NCBI RefSeq assembly: GCF_041956535.1
Contig: NW_027192204.1
Location: 615,905-679,904, forward strand
DNA: 64,000 nt
Reading direction: 5' to 3'
DNA from: Calcarisporiella thermophila CBS 279.70
Lineage: Eukaryota; Fungi; Calcarisporiellomycota
The translations under genes were made by a program, and so were the position numbers. Shown here piece after piece: positions 1 to 12,845 of this stretch. A model generated the notes under the pieces. That model saw only the letters and a list, made by a program, of their open reading frames with translations. It had not been told where the DNA came from and made no database searches. Position 1 is the stretch's first letter. Every line of letters starts with the position of its first letter.

Positions 1-209
1 AAAGGAAGAGGAAAGATAAAGCAAAGGCGAAGAATAAAAAAAACTAATAAGCAAAAAGGTGAAAGAGAAAGGAAGTATGGGTACATATAGGGTCAAGTAA
101 ACAATATGTATACGGATATTAATCATGATGTAGAGAGGAATAAATAAGTTGGGGGGGGAGGGATGTTTTCGTATCTAACTATAGCCAGCTTCCTGTCAAT
201 TGCATCGGG

Positions 210-3200
210 CTAATTCGATCCTGCTTGGATTGGTGGGGTTTGCTTCATTAGAAAGCGCGCTGGCCCGAGAGCCGCTGCATTCGGCTCACCCTCTTTTTCG
301 CCACTCTTCATCTCGGCTCTCATTGCCGGGGGGAGGGAAAATTTGGAAGGCGGGGCGGATTCGGTGGGGGATGAGTCGGCGAGAAATGCGGGAGGACAAG
401 TCCAGGGAACAAAGGAGAAAGGGAGGAGGGGCGAAGGGTAGGAGACGGACTCGGAGGAGGACTTGCTTCTGCTCATTGTTTTGGAATGCTTGCGTGAGTA
501 CAAGGTGGTCGAGGTCAGAGAGGGAGACATTTGCGAGAACATGGTTGGGGAGAGGGCCACTGAGGTGGTGGGGGTGCTGGGGAGTGGGGCGGAAGGGGGC
601 GGCATCGCAGCCTCGGGTCGCATCGCATGTTGCCGGTGGCTCCGCGCCACCTCTTCGAGCTTCTTGCGGTTCTGCTCCACGATCAGGCACATCTCATCCA
701 CCACGGCTCCAATCCGGCCCCGCGTCAGCTCGGCCGCCTTCCTGCCCTGCAGCTGGATGTCGATATCTTCCTTGGTGCGGCGCACATCGCCGCCCGTCGA
801 GTGCGCCAGGAAAAACCGCATCTCCTGCTCGTACTTGAAGGTTGCTCTGATCTCCTCCGACAGCACCTGGATTTGGTGGCGCACATCGCGCGTCGGCCGG
901 GGGAATTTCTGGAGGGTGGAGTTCTCCGTCATCCCACTCAGCAAGAGGTTGAAGCCTTCCATCGTCACCCCATTGGCATCCATCGCCAACTCGCTGAGCA
1001 CGGTGTTCTGCCGCAACACCTGCGATATCACTGCAGCCCCTCGGTCGCCGACCCCTTGCCCGGTGATGTCGAGCCGCTTGAGGGCGCGATTCTCCAACAG
1101 GGACGCCAGCGCTCCCGTGAGCATGCTGCCCATCGGGGAGGCCACCGCGCCCTCTCCCGGGAGGAACTCGCCGCGGAAGTCAAGCTCCTCCAGCACGTGG
1201 TTTTCTCTCAGCAATACCTCCAGCATCCGGCCGGTGTCGGCCTCAATGGGACCCACCAACTTCAGCCCCGCCAAGTCCAGCCGCCGCAGGAACGTGTTGC
1301 GCGACAGGCACTCGAGCAGCTCTCGGAAGGAGGGGTCATCCCACTCGGTGTGAGCGAGTGAGAGGGAAACAGGCCCGATGGGGTCCAGGAGCGCGTAGCA
1401 GAACTTGGGCAGCATGGCAAGCTCGCGCGCCAGCGGATTCTCTTTTGCCGACAGGTGCAAGTCGTGAGGCACGACGCGGAAGAGCTGCGCCAGTTGGCCC
1501 CCGTGCAGCTGGCACTTGTCCACCGACAGGGTGTCGAGACACTGGGCCACCTCCGACGACAGGTAGGAGAGGAGGAAGGCGATCTGCCCGTCGCTGAGCG
1601 GGATGCCGCCAATGTCCAAGTGCCTGAGTTTGGTGAGGCGCAAGGGAAGCTGCTCGATCTGCTCCGTGCACCCCCTAATTCGCAGGGTGCGAAGGTGCAG
1701 CGCATCATGGAGCAGCCTCTCGAGCCCAATGGTGCACCCCACGTTTTTCACGTTCGCAGACAGGTCGAGGTAGGTGAGGTGTTCAGGCGAGGTCTGCTGG
1801 AGGGCCGACACGACCGCCTCGAGCTGCTTGGTGGTTAGCCCGCAATTCTCGATGCTCAGCTCCCGAATCGCCTTCCTGTTCCCCCTGATCCCCGCGATGA
1901 GAAAGCCCAGATCCTCGCCCCGTATCCGATTCCCCCCCAAGAAGAGCGAGTTGAGCCCCACCTGGCCGGTCTGCATCGCCGAGCCGAGGACGGAGATGGC
2001 GGTGTGCTCCATCCCCAGGCTGGCGATGCCGCAGCCCGTCAGGTCGAGCTTGCGCAGGTTCTTGTTCTCGACCACGAGGGCGTAGAGCTCCGAGGTGAGC
2101 ATGTTGACGCCATGCTGTGCCTGTTGGCTGTCCGGGTACGTGGCCCAGCCCTCGTCCTGCCGCGGGACCCAGGCCTCGAGGTCGGCCAGGTGGATGTCGC
2201 GGAGCGAGATTTCTCGAAAGAGGGGGTTGCTTCGCACGGCCCGGAAGAAGACCAGCAGTTCGAAGCGGTTGTATCCCTTGCCGTCGTCGGGCGGCAGCAG
2301 TTGCAGGCGCATGCCCGGTTTGCCCAGCCCTAGGCTCTCCATCTCCACGCGGATGCGGGCGGCCTGCGCGCCAAAGCCGGCACAGTAGGCCCCTAGCGAC
2401 TCGAAGAGGCCGCGGCCCGCCAGCTTGGTCATGTCGAAGAGAGGACGCAGCCCGGAGAACGGGGCCGGGTCCGGCACGAGCAGCTTGTAGCTGCGCTGGT
2501 GGGACGCCGTCAGTGTGTCGATGGCCCGCACCAGCTCACTTATCACGACCCCCGCGAACGCGGTGGCAAAGGTGAGCAGGCGCGGCCCGCCTTCGCGCTG
2601 ACGCAGCGCCAGGTTCACCTTGTCGTCGCGGCCCGTTGCGCCGATGACCATGATGGACAGCAGCCCGTACCGGTCCTCGTGGCCGATGATGCGGTGGTAG
2701 TCCGGGTCGGCCGCCGCCGCCCCGGGCAGCAGGTAGAAGTAGTGGCGGCCGATCGCCAGGCACACGTTCAAGCTCAGCTCGCGATGGCTGAACACCTCTT
2801 TTTCGGCGGGGAGGGCGGGGTGGGCGGAGCGCGCGGGGAAGTTGGGGTGGTCGAGGAGGACGATCTTCTGCAGTAGCACACGCTCGGTCCTGTCGGGGAG
2901 ATCCTTCTGGCGGCGCATCCGCTCCAGGGCCGTCTGCTGGTTCGATGGGGTGATAGTGACCATGAGCGGCAGCCAGGGCTGCGTCGCGCGCCGCAGCGCC
3001 TCCATCCAGCACTCCAGCTCATTCACCGTCTCCAGCACCATCACAAACTGCGCGGGGGCCTTGGTGACGGGGTGGAAGTGCATGACGCGCAGCGCCCACC
3101 GGAACTCCTCCATCTCGTAGACGGCGTACACATGGCGCATCTGCAGCATCACGCTCTCTGGGGGGATTTGGAGGGGGGCGGTGGCGCGCACGACGTCCCT

Positions 3201-3662
3201 GGAGAAGACAACCAGGTTGTTGAACACGGCGGTGGCCTTGTTCAGCGATTTGAATCGCAGTAGCGCGGAGTTGGTGAGGACGAAGTATTCGCGGTGGATC
3301 TTGCGAAAGAGCGACGAGCTGTGGTTGTGCTGCACCGGGCCGGCGTACACGAGCTGGATGCTCTCCTCGTCCGCAAAGAGCTCGCGGTTCGAGCCGTTGG
3401 AGCCCGAGCTCGAGCTGTTTCCCGAGGGCACCGTGTACAGCGGGCGCGAGAGCGAGACCACCGAGGCCGCATAGTGGGAGTGCTTCGCCGAGGCGGCCAT
3501 ATCGTGGTGGGGGAGGGACGGGGTGTGGTGAGGGTGAGGGCTGGATCGCGGGGTGTAGAGTGACTGCTTATCGTAGGGAAAATAGTGGGGCGAGAGGGGA
3601 ATGAGGGTCAATGGCGTGAGCGAGGGGGAGATGGAGGACGAGGTGAGGTTAGGAGATGACAT
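210..3662 (-). CDS. PH-domain + leucine-rich-repeat protein (CARMIL-like architecture)
   Basis: 1150-aa intronless GC-rich ORF. N-terminal PH-like segment (REYFVLTNSALLRFKS...ELECWMEALRRA) is followed by RNI-type LRRs (LRKLDLTGCGI, LNSLFLGGNRI, LTYLDLSAN, LKRLDITGQGVGDRGA). The true start may be the ATG at about 3500; the 5' end abuts an N gap. Confidence 0.8.
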   Translation of the reverse strand: MSSPNLTSSSISPSLTPLTLIPLSPHYFPYDKQSLYTPRSSPHPHHTPSLPHHDMAASAKHSHYAASVVSLSRPLYTVPSGNSSSSGSNGSNRELFADEESIQLVYAGPVQHNHSSSLFRKIHREYFVLTNSALLRFKSLNKATAVFNNLVVFSRDVVRATAPLQIPPESVMLQMRHVYAVYEMEEFRWALRVMHFHPVTKAPAQFVMVLETVNELECWMEALRRATQPWLPLMVTITPSNQQTALERMRRQKDLPDRTERVLLQKIVLLDHPNFPARSAHPALPAEKEVFSHRELSLNVCLAIGRHYFYLLPGAAAADPDYHRIIGHEDRYGLLSIMVIGATGRDDKVNLALRQREGGPRLLTFATAFAGVVISELVRAIDTLTASHQRSYKLLVPDPAPFSGLRPLFDMTKLAGRGLFESLGAYCAGFGAQAARIRVEMESLGLGKPGMRLQLLPPDDGKGYNRFELLVFFRAVRSNPLFREISLRDIHLADLEAWVPRQDEGWATYPDSQQAQHGVNMLTSELYALVVENKNLRKLDLTGCGIASLGMEHTAISVLGSAMQTGQVGLNSLFLGGNRIRGEDLGFLIAGIRGNRKAIRELSIENCGLTTKQLEAVVSALQQTSPEHLTYLDLSANVKNVGCTIGLERLLHDALHLRTLRIRGCTEQIEQLPLRLTKLRHLDIGGIPLSDGQIAFLLSYLSSEVAQCLDTLSVDKCQLHGGQLAQLFRVVPHDLHLSAKENPLARELAMLPKFCYALLDPIGPVSLSLAHTEWDDPSFRELLECLSRNTFLRRLDLAGLKLVGPIEADTGRMLEVLLRENHVLEELDFRGEFLPGEGAVASPMGSMLTGALASLLENRALKRLDITGQGVGDRGAAVISQVLRQNTVLSELAMDANGVTMEGFNLLLSGMTENSTLQKFPRPTRDVRHQIQVLSEEIRATFKYEQEMRFFLAHSTGGDVRRTKEDIDIQLQGRKAAELTRGRIGAVVDEMCLIVEQNRKKLEEVARSHRQHAMRPEAAMPPPSAPLPSTPTTSVALSPTMFSQMSPSLTSTTLYSRKHSKTMSRSKSSSESVSYPSPLLPFSFVPWTCPPAFLADSSPTESAPPSKFSLPPAMRAEMKSGEKEGEPNAAALGPARFLMKQTPPIQAGSN

Positions 3663-3678
3663 GGCGGAAGACGAGCCC

Positions 3679-4033
3679 NNNNNNNNNNNNNNNNNNNNNN
3701 NNNNNNNNNNNNNNNNNNNNNNNNNNNNNNNNNNNNNNNNNNNNNNNNNNNNNNNNNNNNNNNNNNNNNNNNNNNNNNNNNNNNNNNNNNNNNNNNNNNN
3801 NNNNNNNNNNNNNNNNNNNNNNNNNNNNNNNNNNNNNNNNNNNNNNNNNNNNNNNNNNNNNNNNNNNNNNNNNNNNNNNNNNNNNNNNNNNNNNNNNNNN
3901 NNNNNNNNNNNNNNNNNNNNNNNNNNNNNNNNNNNNNNNNNNNNNNNNNNNNNNNNNNNNNNNNNNNNNNNNNNNNNNNNNNNNNNNNNNNNNNNNNNNN
4001 NNNNNNNNNNNNNNNNNNNNNNNNNNNNNNNNN
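3679..4033. other. Assembly gap (run of N)
   Basis: 355 consecutive N bases. Confidence 1.
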
Positions 4034-7000
4034 TTGGTGGGTGTCTTGTGAGGAAACGGGAGGGAGTTAGTCATTCTGACAGGAGAATATGACAGTAGTG
4101 AACTTGGGCATGTATTCTTGGGGAGGCTCTCTTTAGCAAGCGGCTATAGGGCTTACCTTATATTCGGCTTCTTCAAGAGGAAAAGGAGAGGGCGAGGAGA
4201 GAGAGAGAGAGAGAGACGGTGCAATAGAGGAGTGGTATCACGAGTTGAACGCGGTGAAGGAGTCGAGAGTGTCGAGACGAGAAGACTAGAGGGGAGTGCA
4301 GGCACTATTACTTAAATAGCATCCGACAAGAGTGCGTGCCGATAGCCTTGCGAGTTGGTTTGACGCCACGGCCCTGAGGAAAGATGCACCAGACTATTGG
4401 GGAGGTGGATCGTTCTTGAAAAAAAAAAAATAAAATAAAACAACAAACAAAAAACATTCCATAATCTTTCCTGAGGCAGCCCCTCCCGCTGATGCTCAGG
4501 GGGAGCGCCTGCATACATCCAGTCGTGATCAGTGGAACGGCCCGATCAACGCATGCCTCTTGGCGGGCGCGTCGCGAGCCGCACAGCTCCTTGGGCAAGG
4601 CCGCTAAGGATCACGGGCGGCGGCGGGAGAATGGGTTACGGCAAGAAGGGGGGGGGGATTCCAGATGAACCTTAAAGGCGGTGCCATGCTTTGTGAAATT
4701 AGGTTAATTTTCCAGTACCGGTTGCCTATGCTCGGATTTCCCCAGTCACCGGCTTAATCGAGCCCAACGTGCCTCATAGCGTCGAGATGCCCTTCAGCAG
4801 GCAGCCATTCTGCGAGCCTTGTTTCGCGTGGGGCGGCCTGCTGAAACGCGCTCTGATACTCCACCATATAGGGTATCTCCTAACCAATCTCCGCATCGGA
4901 TAATGCGAGGAATTGGCGATGCTCGGTTGTTATGCACATGGGCTCGCAACAAGCTAGTGTATGCGAACCCCAGCGGGAAAAAAGCTAATAAGCATGGGAG
5001 CCGGTTTCCTTTCTGCGCATTGAGTTTTCCCAAGTGCCCGACATGCATATCCTGCGGGCAACTCGACCTCTCCTTCCAGTCTTGCACTCTCAAGCCGCTG
5101 GAAATATCAAAACCCCCTCGCGCTCCATCCTCCATTCGCTTCTAGCCTGGAGCCCAATCTTGGTTGCGGCGGCTTTTATCGCGTCCCTGATATATTACCA
5201 GCTGGTCCACCCCATGTGAATCCCTAGCATAGGACATTATGATGTCCTAATCGGCTAGCTCGCTATGTAATTGATTGCCGCCGAATATGGCGCTTTTGTC
5301 CTCTCTGTTTTCTCGTTGGATGCTATTGTCCAATACTCCACTATTTTAACTTCTCAGTCCACCTCCTCGCACATGATCATTCCCTTGCATTCCCATTTGC
5401 TAATACTACAGTTTCAATTGCTAGCAGTAGGAGTGCATCAATGCAATTGATAGAGGACGAATCCTTTACATGCACGATGAATGGCGGGCTTGAAGCTAGC
5501 ATCGGACAAAATTGTAATAGCAACTCTTTCTACCTTCACAAGTTCTTTTGAATAGCCTTTGTAAGCCTTTCTAGTCCAATGCATATCGTATTGGATTGGA
5601 GTGGGAAGAGTAGTAGCTAGAGTATCTTTATTGCACTCTTTCGACCATCTCTATTAAAGTGTCAGTTCGTTTTCTCTCTAGTGGCATGCTGTATTATGTG
5701 CTGCCATTAGTGATTACCCCTCGTTTTTCGCTCTACCTAACGTCCGCTACTTCGCAAGAGGCTACAGAGCGGTGCCGGGCAGTCAGCCTTTCCCAAATGA
5801 TCGGACAACTCTCTCTAAATGGGAAGTATTGGAGGTTGCAATAGTATATAGTGTGAAATATTCCAAGCATATCCCGGCAATCCAATCTATCAAGGTTATT
5901 TATCCATAAAGGACCAGAGAAGGTTGATTCTTAGAACAAGTTGCGGGATAGAAATCCCCGCCAGAACCAATGCAAGCGATCGGTGCGGGCGTGGTACACT
6001 GTGCTCAGTGAGCTCTTCTCATGGACCGGTGTCGGAGTATTTGCCATGTATAGAGTGACCATAGTCTTGCCTAATAATGAAATATTCACTGGCAAACTAA
6101 TTCATTGCTCGGTCGAGAGAGGAAATCCCTTGGTATTACACAAATGACTACTACCTGAATCTAGTATTTGGACTGTGTGAGTGCTCAGCCAATCCGATTA
6201 GGTAGTTTTACATTCTACCCTTTCATTCCAACAATGCTACGTGTCTTCAAAGAATGAAATATGGCTACAAACTGCTTCTATTCATTTTTGGCCGATCCAT
6301 CCTCTCAGTGGAGATTAGAGCACCTTGGGTTTATCGTAATATTGCCAGTTTTCAAGCGTCAATAGATCACATGGGGCTAGGTGAGATCCTGGTGTGCCAA
6401 TGAAATTCAATTCCTAAACTAGGTCGTGGAAGAGAGAGACGCAAAAGTGAGAAAAGAGGGGAGAAAATGGAGAAATTCTCCTGTGAAGTCCTCTTTAGGC
6501 ATGGGATGGGGTGGGAAATCCATTCCTGGCTCAATGGTAGAGGCATGTCGCGGCTGGTAGATCAGTGAGGACCTCTCTCGCTCTCCTGTATCCCTCCGCG
6601 TAACTCATGCGGTACTCTCCAAAATAAGGCCAGGATCGCCAGCAAACAGGTGTGTATAGAGTCCTGATCCAATATTTGCCCTTTGCAGGGAAAACGAATC
6701 ACCGCACTAGAGCCACATCCGGTAGGAGTGGCTTCACGCATCTATTTCGTTATATATCCATATATGCAAGCACACCAGCGTTTCCATCCCCTCGCCAAGC
6801 GGCCCAGAATGTTTGGCCTCCGGCCTCCGTCTCCGCAGCCGTCCGCCCACTCTCCCGATTCAATCGGCCGCCGCCTTTCCGAGTCTGAACCCTGGCCGCT
6901 GTGCTGACGGTGGTGGGCTCACATATCCCACCGCGGCACTAATACATATCTTGCCGGATCATTTCCAAGTGGCCCAAATTCGTGCAAAAAATTCACGCTT

Positions 7001-7264
7001 TTCCAAGCCGCGTTGCGATTCGCTCGGAAAAAGGTCACACATTCTCTTCACACATTTATTTCCTCTTCGGCTTTTCCCTGTTAGATCAACGCAGCTCGCA
7101 TCCATACCCTCGCTCTCCCGTCCTCCTCCTCCCTCCCCCATTCTCATCGCACTCTTTTGCATTGTTGTTGGCCCTCTAATCTCCGCATTCGCATCACGAG
7201 GGTGCATTCTTCCTCTCTCCTCTTTGAATTGCTGTGATTATCAAGAGAAGCGAGCAGTGGGCTT

Positions 7265-8535
7265 ATGGCAACCCAATCGATCTCATTCATCAACAGAAAG
7301 AATTCAACCCTGACTCTCGCCCATCCATTTTCCACCGCCGCCCCGCTGCTCTCCACCGATTCTGCGCCCATGCCGCCTGCCGCTCAGCCCACCCCTCATC
7401 CGCAAACACTGGCCACATTCCCTTTTGTATTTGCTCTTCGCTACATCGCTCTTTTCTACACATATGTCTTTGGCCTTTTTCAATCAGGATCCAAATCGGT
7501 GCGGGATGCCCATGTGATTGATTTAGAGGATACTGAAGACGAATCTTCGGGGAAAACAAGCGCCTGTGCAACCGACCCCGCAGAGGAAATTGTCATGACT
7601 TCAACCGGGATCACCATGAAACCCACTGCACGGCGCCGTTTTGGAAACCCCAAAGGGGCCAAAGTACGTTTAGCGCCGGCTGGCAGTGGCGCAACCGAAT
7701 CGGCCGCTTTTGCGGTCAAGTCCCCTGCTGCCTCAACCGAAACTGCTGCTTCCGCCACCGGTGCCCCCTCCGCCTCCTTTCCCTCCTCTGGCACCTCGCA
7801 CACCTCCCCACCTACCGCATACTGGCGTCAAAAAACGCTGGTCCTTGATCTGGATGAGACGCTGATTCACTCCACTTCACGCGGCAGCTTCAAGGCGGAT
7901 GCCCATCACGTTGAAGTGCTTGTCGACAACCACGCGTGCTTATACTATGTGTACAAGAGGCCCCACGTCGACTATTTCTTGCGCAAGGTGAGCGAATGGT
8001 ACCGGGTGGTGGTGTATACCGCATCGATGGCCGAGTACGCAGACCCCGTCATTGACTGGCTTGATCCGCGCGGAAGCATTATTTCTGCACGATATTTTCG
8101 AAAAGTAAGCATCCTAACATGGCCTCTATGCTACTCCACTTTTGACTAACGGAGGGGAAAAAATACTTGTTTCTTTTTCGCACCATAGTCATGCATACAA
8201 GGTGACGATGGAAGTTATTTTAAGGACTTGACGATTATCGAGCCTGACCTCTCGAAAGTGTGCCTGGTGGATAACTCCCCCGCATCGTTTTGCTTAAATC
8301 AAGGTAGAGTAGAAGGATCCCTTTGACTATTCTTGGCAAGACCTCTATTCCTAACAACCCATGGCCTTGACATACTCTAGAAAACGGAATACCAATAGAA
8401 AGTTGGATCAACGATCCTAATGACGAGGCATTGCTCGACTTGCTCCCCTTTCTTGACGCACTACGCTTTACCGAGGATGTACGCTCCGTGCTCTCCTTGA
8501 GATTACTTGGAGTGGAGCAAAGTAAACCTGGGTGA
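7265..8535 (+). CDS. NEM1: Nem1/CTDNEP1-type HAD phosphatase (NLI-interacting factor family)
   Basis: [14 protein letters not shown] motif and [13 protein letters not shown] introns 8105-8188 and 8304-8380 give [22 protein letters not shown] and [37 protein letters not shown]. Stop TGA at 8533-8535. Confidence 0.9.
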
Positions 8536-9153
8536 CCTAGGGGAGAGGATTGCGTTATTTTTATTTCCTGGTTCTTTTTTTTTTATTATTTTGAACGGTT
8601 GTAAGTGTCTATCTATTTCTATTCATTAAGTAATTTTTTCTTTCTTTTTTCTTTTTATCTCTCCTTCTTCTTCTATCGCCTCCTTCTCCTTCTCCTTCTC
8701 TTTATTATTTTTTTAATTGATATATTAAGATCATTCTTTGAATCCTCTTTCAGCTAAACTTTTACTTTATATATATATATATACGATGATCTCCTTTTCG
8801 ATTCTTTTCTTGCCTTCACTTTTACTTTCTTTCTTCTGCTTTTTTCTGTATTATAAATTCTCTTTTCTTTTCTTTTGTGCTGAATTGATTTTATTTTCCT
8901 TAATGGATCGCTGGTATGCCTTTCGCTAGTCTTACAAACAGTTCCCATGATAGATCTTGAAAAACAGATGGAACGATTTTTTTATCGTATGACGTAATCA
9001 GCCACCATGTGCTGAGAAAAATCGAGTTTTTTTATTTATACATATGCGTTTTCTTAAACAATAGTGTTTTTAGCCTCGTCCATGAGAACGCATTGACAAA
9101 AAAATATTAAACATAAATTGGATGTTAATCTAACCATTTGCTTTAATAAAAAA

Positions 9154-9262
9154 ATGTGGAATGATATAGATGATCACAGCGGAACCATCAATGGCGGGGT
9201 ACATCTAAAAGGTTTAGCCAGTCGAAGACAGCAGCAACAGCTACAGCAACAACAACAGCAAA

Positions 9263-9301
<39 letters not shown>

Positions 9302-12174
9302 AACAGCAGCAACAACAGCAGCAACAACAACAACAACAACAACAACAGCAGCAGGCGCAAAATGACCAAAAGCAACCACAGCCGCAACAGGCGCATCATA
9401 CGCAACAGATGCAACAAGGGCACCCAGCTCAGTCCATCCAACAATCTAATCAATCACCTCAATCATCCTGGCAACACGTTCCTCCTCCTTCGCTGCAGGT
9501 ACAGCAAACCCCGCAGAATGCAGCCGTGTCAAATAGTGATCGTGTGGCAAAATTCAAGGCCATGCTCGAGAAACGGCGATCGGCCCTGCGGGCAGGAACA
9601 AAATCGGAATCTGGAACTCCTGACAATGCGGCTGGTGAAGAGAAGGTGACGGGTGCGCCATCATCAACAGTATCCACTCCTACACCGTCTTCGAATGCTG
9701 CTATGCCTAACTCTGTGGCTAACCCAGCAAATAACACTATCGCGCCTACGTTTGACGCTATACCTCCCTCCAAGCAGCCAGAACGGGTAGCTAGCCTACC
9801 CTATAATGGAGTGAAAATAGAACCGCAAGATTTCAGTGATCGACGTGAATTCCAGGACAATGATAAAAGAGGCGAGACACAAGGAAATGTTCGAGGCCCT
9901 TCATCCCTAGAAAAGCATGAATCTGTAATGATGACACCACCGACTTCATCTTTTTCATCCTCAACCCCCTCATCCAATATTCCAAGCGCTTCAGCCGTGC
10001 AACCCATGCCTGATGTAATGGCATCATCTGCAGCGCCTGCTACGCCTGCTACGCCTGCTATGCCTGCTGTACTCACAGCCCCTCCTGCATCTACCGCACT
10101 ACCGATTGCTGCTGAAACTATGGATCCAGAATATGAATCACCAGGAACCGTTGACCATACACGGAATATCTTGCGTATGAGTATGGATCTCAAGGTGTTT
10201 GAAACCACGCTGGGCAAGTTGGTGCAGCAGTCGCGGGACGTGCAGGATAGAGACTCGGATCTCTCGGAACGCGCAAAACAGCTAGAGGCTGAGCTCAGAG
10301 CCATCCACACGACCCGGGCGAAATTAGAACATGAGAGACAGATGGTCGACGAAGACATTCGATTCTTTAGCCAGCTGATCAACGAAAGACGCATCGTTAT
10401 GTCTGACATGCTGGAGCAGACCGGTATCGCTGCACAGAGCGTGACGAGTGGCGAGCTCCTTCTGGAATTGCTGAGCGAGCCGTCGACCGGAGACGGATAC
10501 GGACGCGCTCCAGCGGCCGGCAAGAAAAAGAAGACCTCCAGATACTGCTACTCATACAACTTCGGCGACTCGTGTGAACGCGGGAAAGCATGTCCGGACC
10601 TCCACGCATGCTGCTTCTGCGCCAACCGACACCCCTCCGCTGCGTGCCGAGCAGTGTCGCTGGTCGCCAGTGAAGCAGAGGTCCCGAAGCCTCGTATCTC
10701 TCTGGACATCGCCCTTGAGGGGATGAACTGGATCCCCGTCGCCACCTCCGAGGTGCTCTCGCGGCTTCGTGCCGTCAGCCACCGGATCTCGCATACAGGG
10801 CGCCTGATTGCCGATCATGCCGACTTCGAGCATGTCACTCTGCCCGCCAAACACGTGCTGCTTCCGCGCACTGAACTCATTCGGAAGGCAGTGCGCGATT
10901 CTCCTCACTTTGATCCATGCTATTCCGCGCATATTTGTCAAGTTTGGAACGACGAGAAATTCAGAGGGGAAAACCACTCCACCGTCACCTGCCAATCGCA
11001 GCATATGTGCTGGCGTTGCTTCGAGAACACCCACCGGGCGTTCGATTGCCCCTACGCTGTTTCAGGTATTTAATATCAATTTTTTCATATTCAACTTGAG
11101 ATGTTCTTTTCAGGTTTGAATTGGTAAAAAGATAAACGTGTTTACTCCTTATGCTTCTTTCTTTTTCCCCCTCCCCCTTCCTCTCCTCTCATCTCCTCTC
11201 TCTCGCGCCCCTTTCCCTCACTCCCACTCTCACTCCCGCTCTCACTCCCACCCTCACTCTCCCACTCTTCGACCTTGGTTTCCCTTGTATATCCAGAGAG
11301 ATCATTGGACGATCACGCGATATCAACCACGAGGAAGAATAGGATTGATCCTGCTGCTGCTAACCATAATGATGATGTGATAGATTCACTGATGGATGCC
11401 GACGCCAAGGACGAGAGAAGAAGAAGCTCCGTGAATGTGATTTCGGACGAGGAGAAATCCAGCCCGAGGGAATCTCGCCGAGCATCTCGCACCGCCGATG
11501 ACGCAGACGACAGGATAAGCTCGCCCGGAAAGATGGAAGAAATCGATCCCCACGATCCCACCTCCCCCTCCAAGCAGCTCCCCCGGCCGCATGTGTCGCA
11601 GGATCTCTCGCAACACCCCTCCATGCGACATCCAAAATACCGTCGTGACACCCGGTTTACCCCACACCAATCCACCCCACCCCCGCCCCATCTGGCCGAT
11701 ATACCCGTCCCACCGCTCGGTTCGCGCTATGACTCCTCCTCGCGGGCCAGCTCTCGATCACGGCGCGAGACCATTGAGGGTGGTGGAAGAGGCTATCCTC
11801 GTTATGATCCTTACGAGAGGCCCTACGCGCCCCCCTACCGAGAGAGAGAGCGCGAAAAAGGGTTTGGGCGAGGTCGCCCTCGCGATACGAGCAGATATAG
11901 GCGCTCAATGTCCCCGTGGGACGCAGAGGGCCGCGTTCCCCAGCCTGCTCCTCCCAATCATCACAACGAATGGGTACCTCCTGCCGGAGGTTATCCGCTC
12001 CCCGCGGCGCATACCGGGAATTTCCCCCCTCAGCCCACCGCTGCGCGACGGCCCTACCCCGAAGCTGAGCACTACAAGCGCCCTACCGGCTACCCCGAAA
12101 ACTACTATGGCTACGAACGCTATGAACCGGAGAGATATTCCATGCCTCCCCCTCGCCGCCCCCCACTTTATTAA
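9154..12174 (+). CDS. PolyQ, coiled-coil, CCCH/CCHC zinc-finger protein with R/P/Y-rich C-terminus (probable RNA-binding protein)
   Basis: ORFs 9118-11073 and 11275-12174 join in phase through intron 11066-11296 (GTATTT...CCAG). Two Cys/His clusters. The start is uncertain and an upstream exon is possible. Confidence 0.7.
9229..9354 (+). repeat. CAG/CAA trinucleotide repeat encoding polyQ (40 Gln in 42 codons)
   Basis: Read directly from the sequence. Confidence 0.95.
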
Positions 12175-12845
12175 TTCTCCCCTCTTAGGAAACTTCCATT
12201 TCTACTGCTAATGATATTAATTGAATCACCATGGGCTAGCCCTAAAATCATTCATCGTATCTGTTGGGGGGGGGGGGGTGCAGGGAAGTGGATAATGACT
12301 ATTTTTCTTTGCACCTGGTCTATTGACTCGAGTTATAATATGTCTTCCTTCAGAATACTTCTAGGAACTAGTTTAAGCTCATTTCTTTCTTATACCAATC
12401 TCTATGTATACATATGATTTTGCTAGGGAATAATACATGTTTCCATTTTGCAAGACTTGTCCCCATCCAATTCGGGATGGTAAGACCAAATGGCCTAGGC
12501 GCAGGAAAAAAAAAATCAACTGCAAAATTTAAAAAAAGATTTAATCTGACGCATACCCTTGCTATTTTTGCAAATACTTGCATTTCCTTAAGAAAATCCA
12601 ATTAAGTATAACTTTGAGATGTCAACCGGTGTTCATTGCCAGGGAGTAAGAGGCGAAACCAAATTTGATATATGGAAGGTGAGAAAACGGAAAACAAAAG
12701 AAATAAAAGCCCACCCGAATTTTTTTTCCTTTGCCAAATATTCATAGGCTTCTCAATTTCCTAGTGACTCTCCCACTGTTTTTTTTTTCCCACCTTCCTG
12801 CCCTACGCGATTTCTCACCAGGTCACTACCAAATAACCGATTAAT

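Noticed and set aside
200-3563. Many overlapping + strand and alternate-frame ORFs
   Set aside because: Shadow ORFs of the GC-rich minus-strand LRR gene.
3601-4092. ORFs spanning X residues
   Set aside because: Artefacts of the N gap.
4794-6600. Short ORFs and an A-box-like GGCTCAATGGTAGAG at about 6528
   Set aside because: No recognisable domain, and no B box or cloverleaf.
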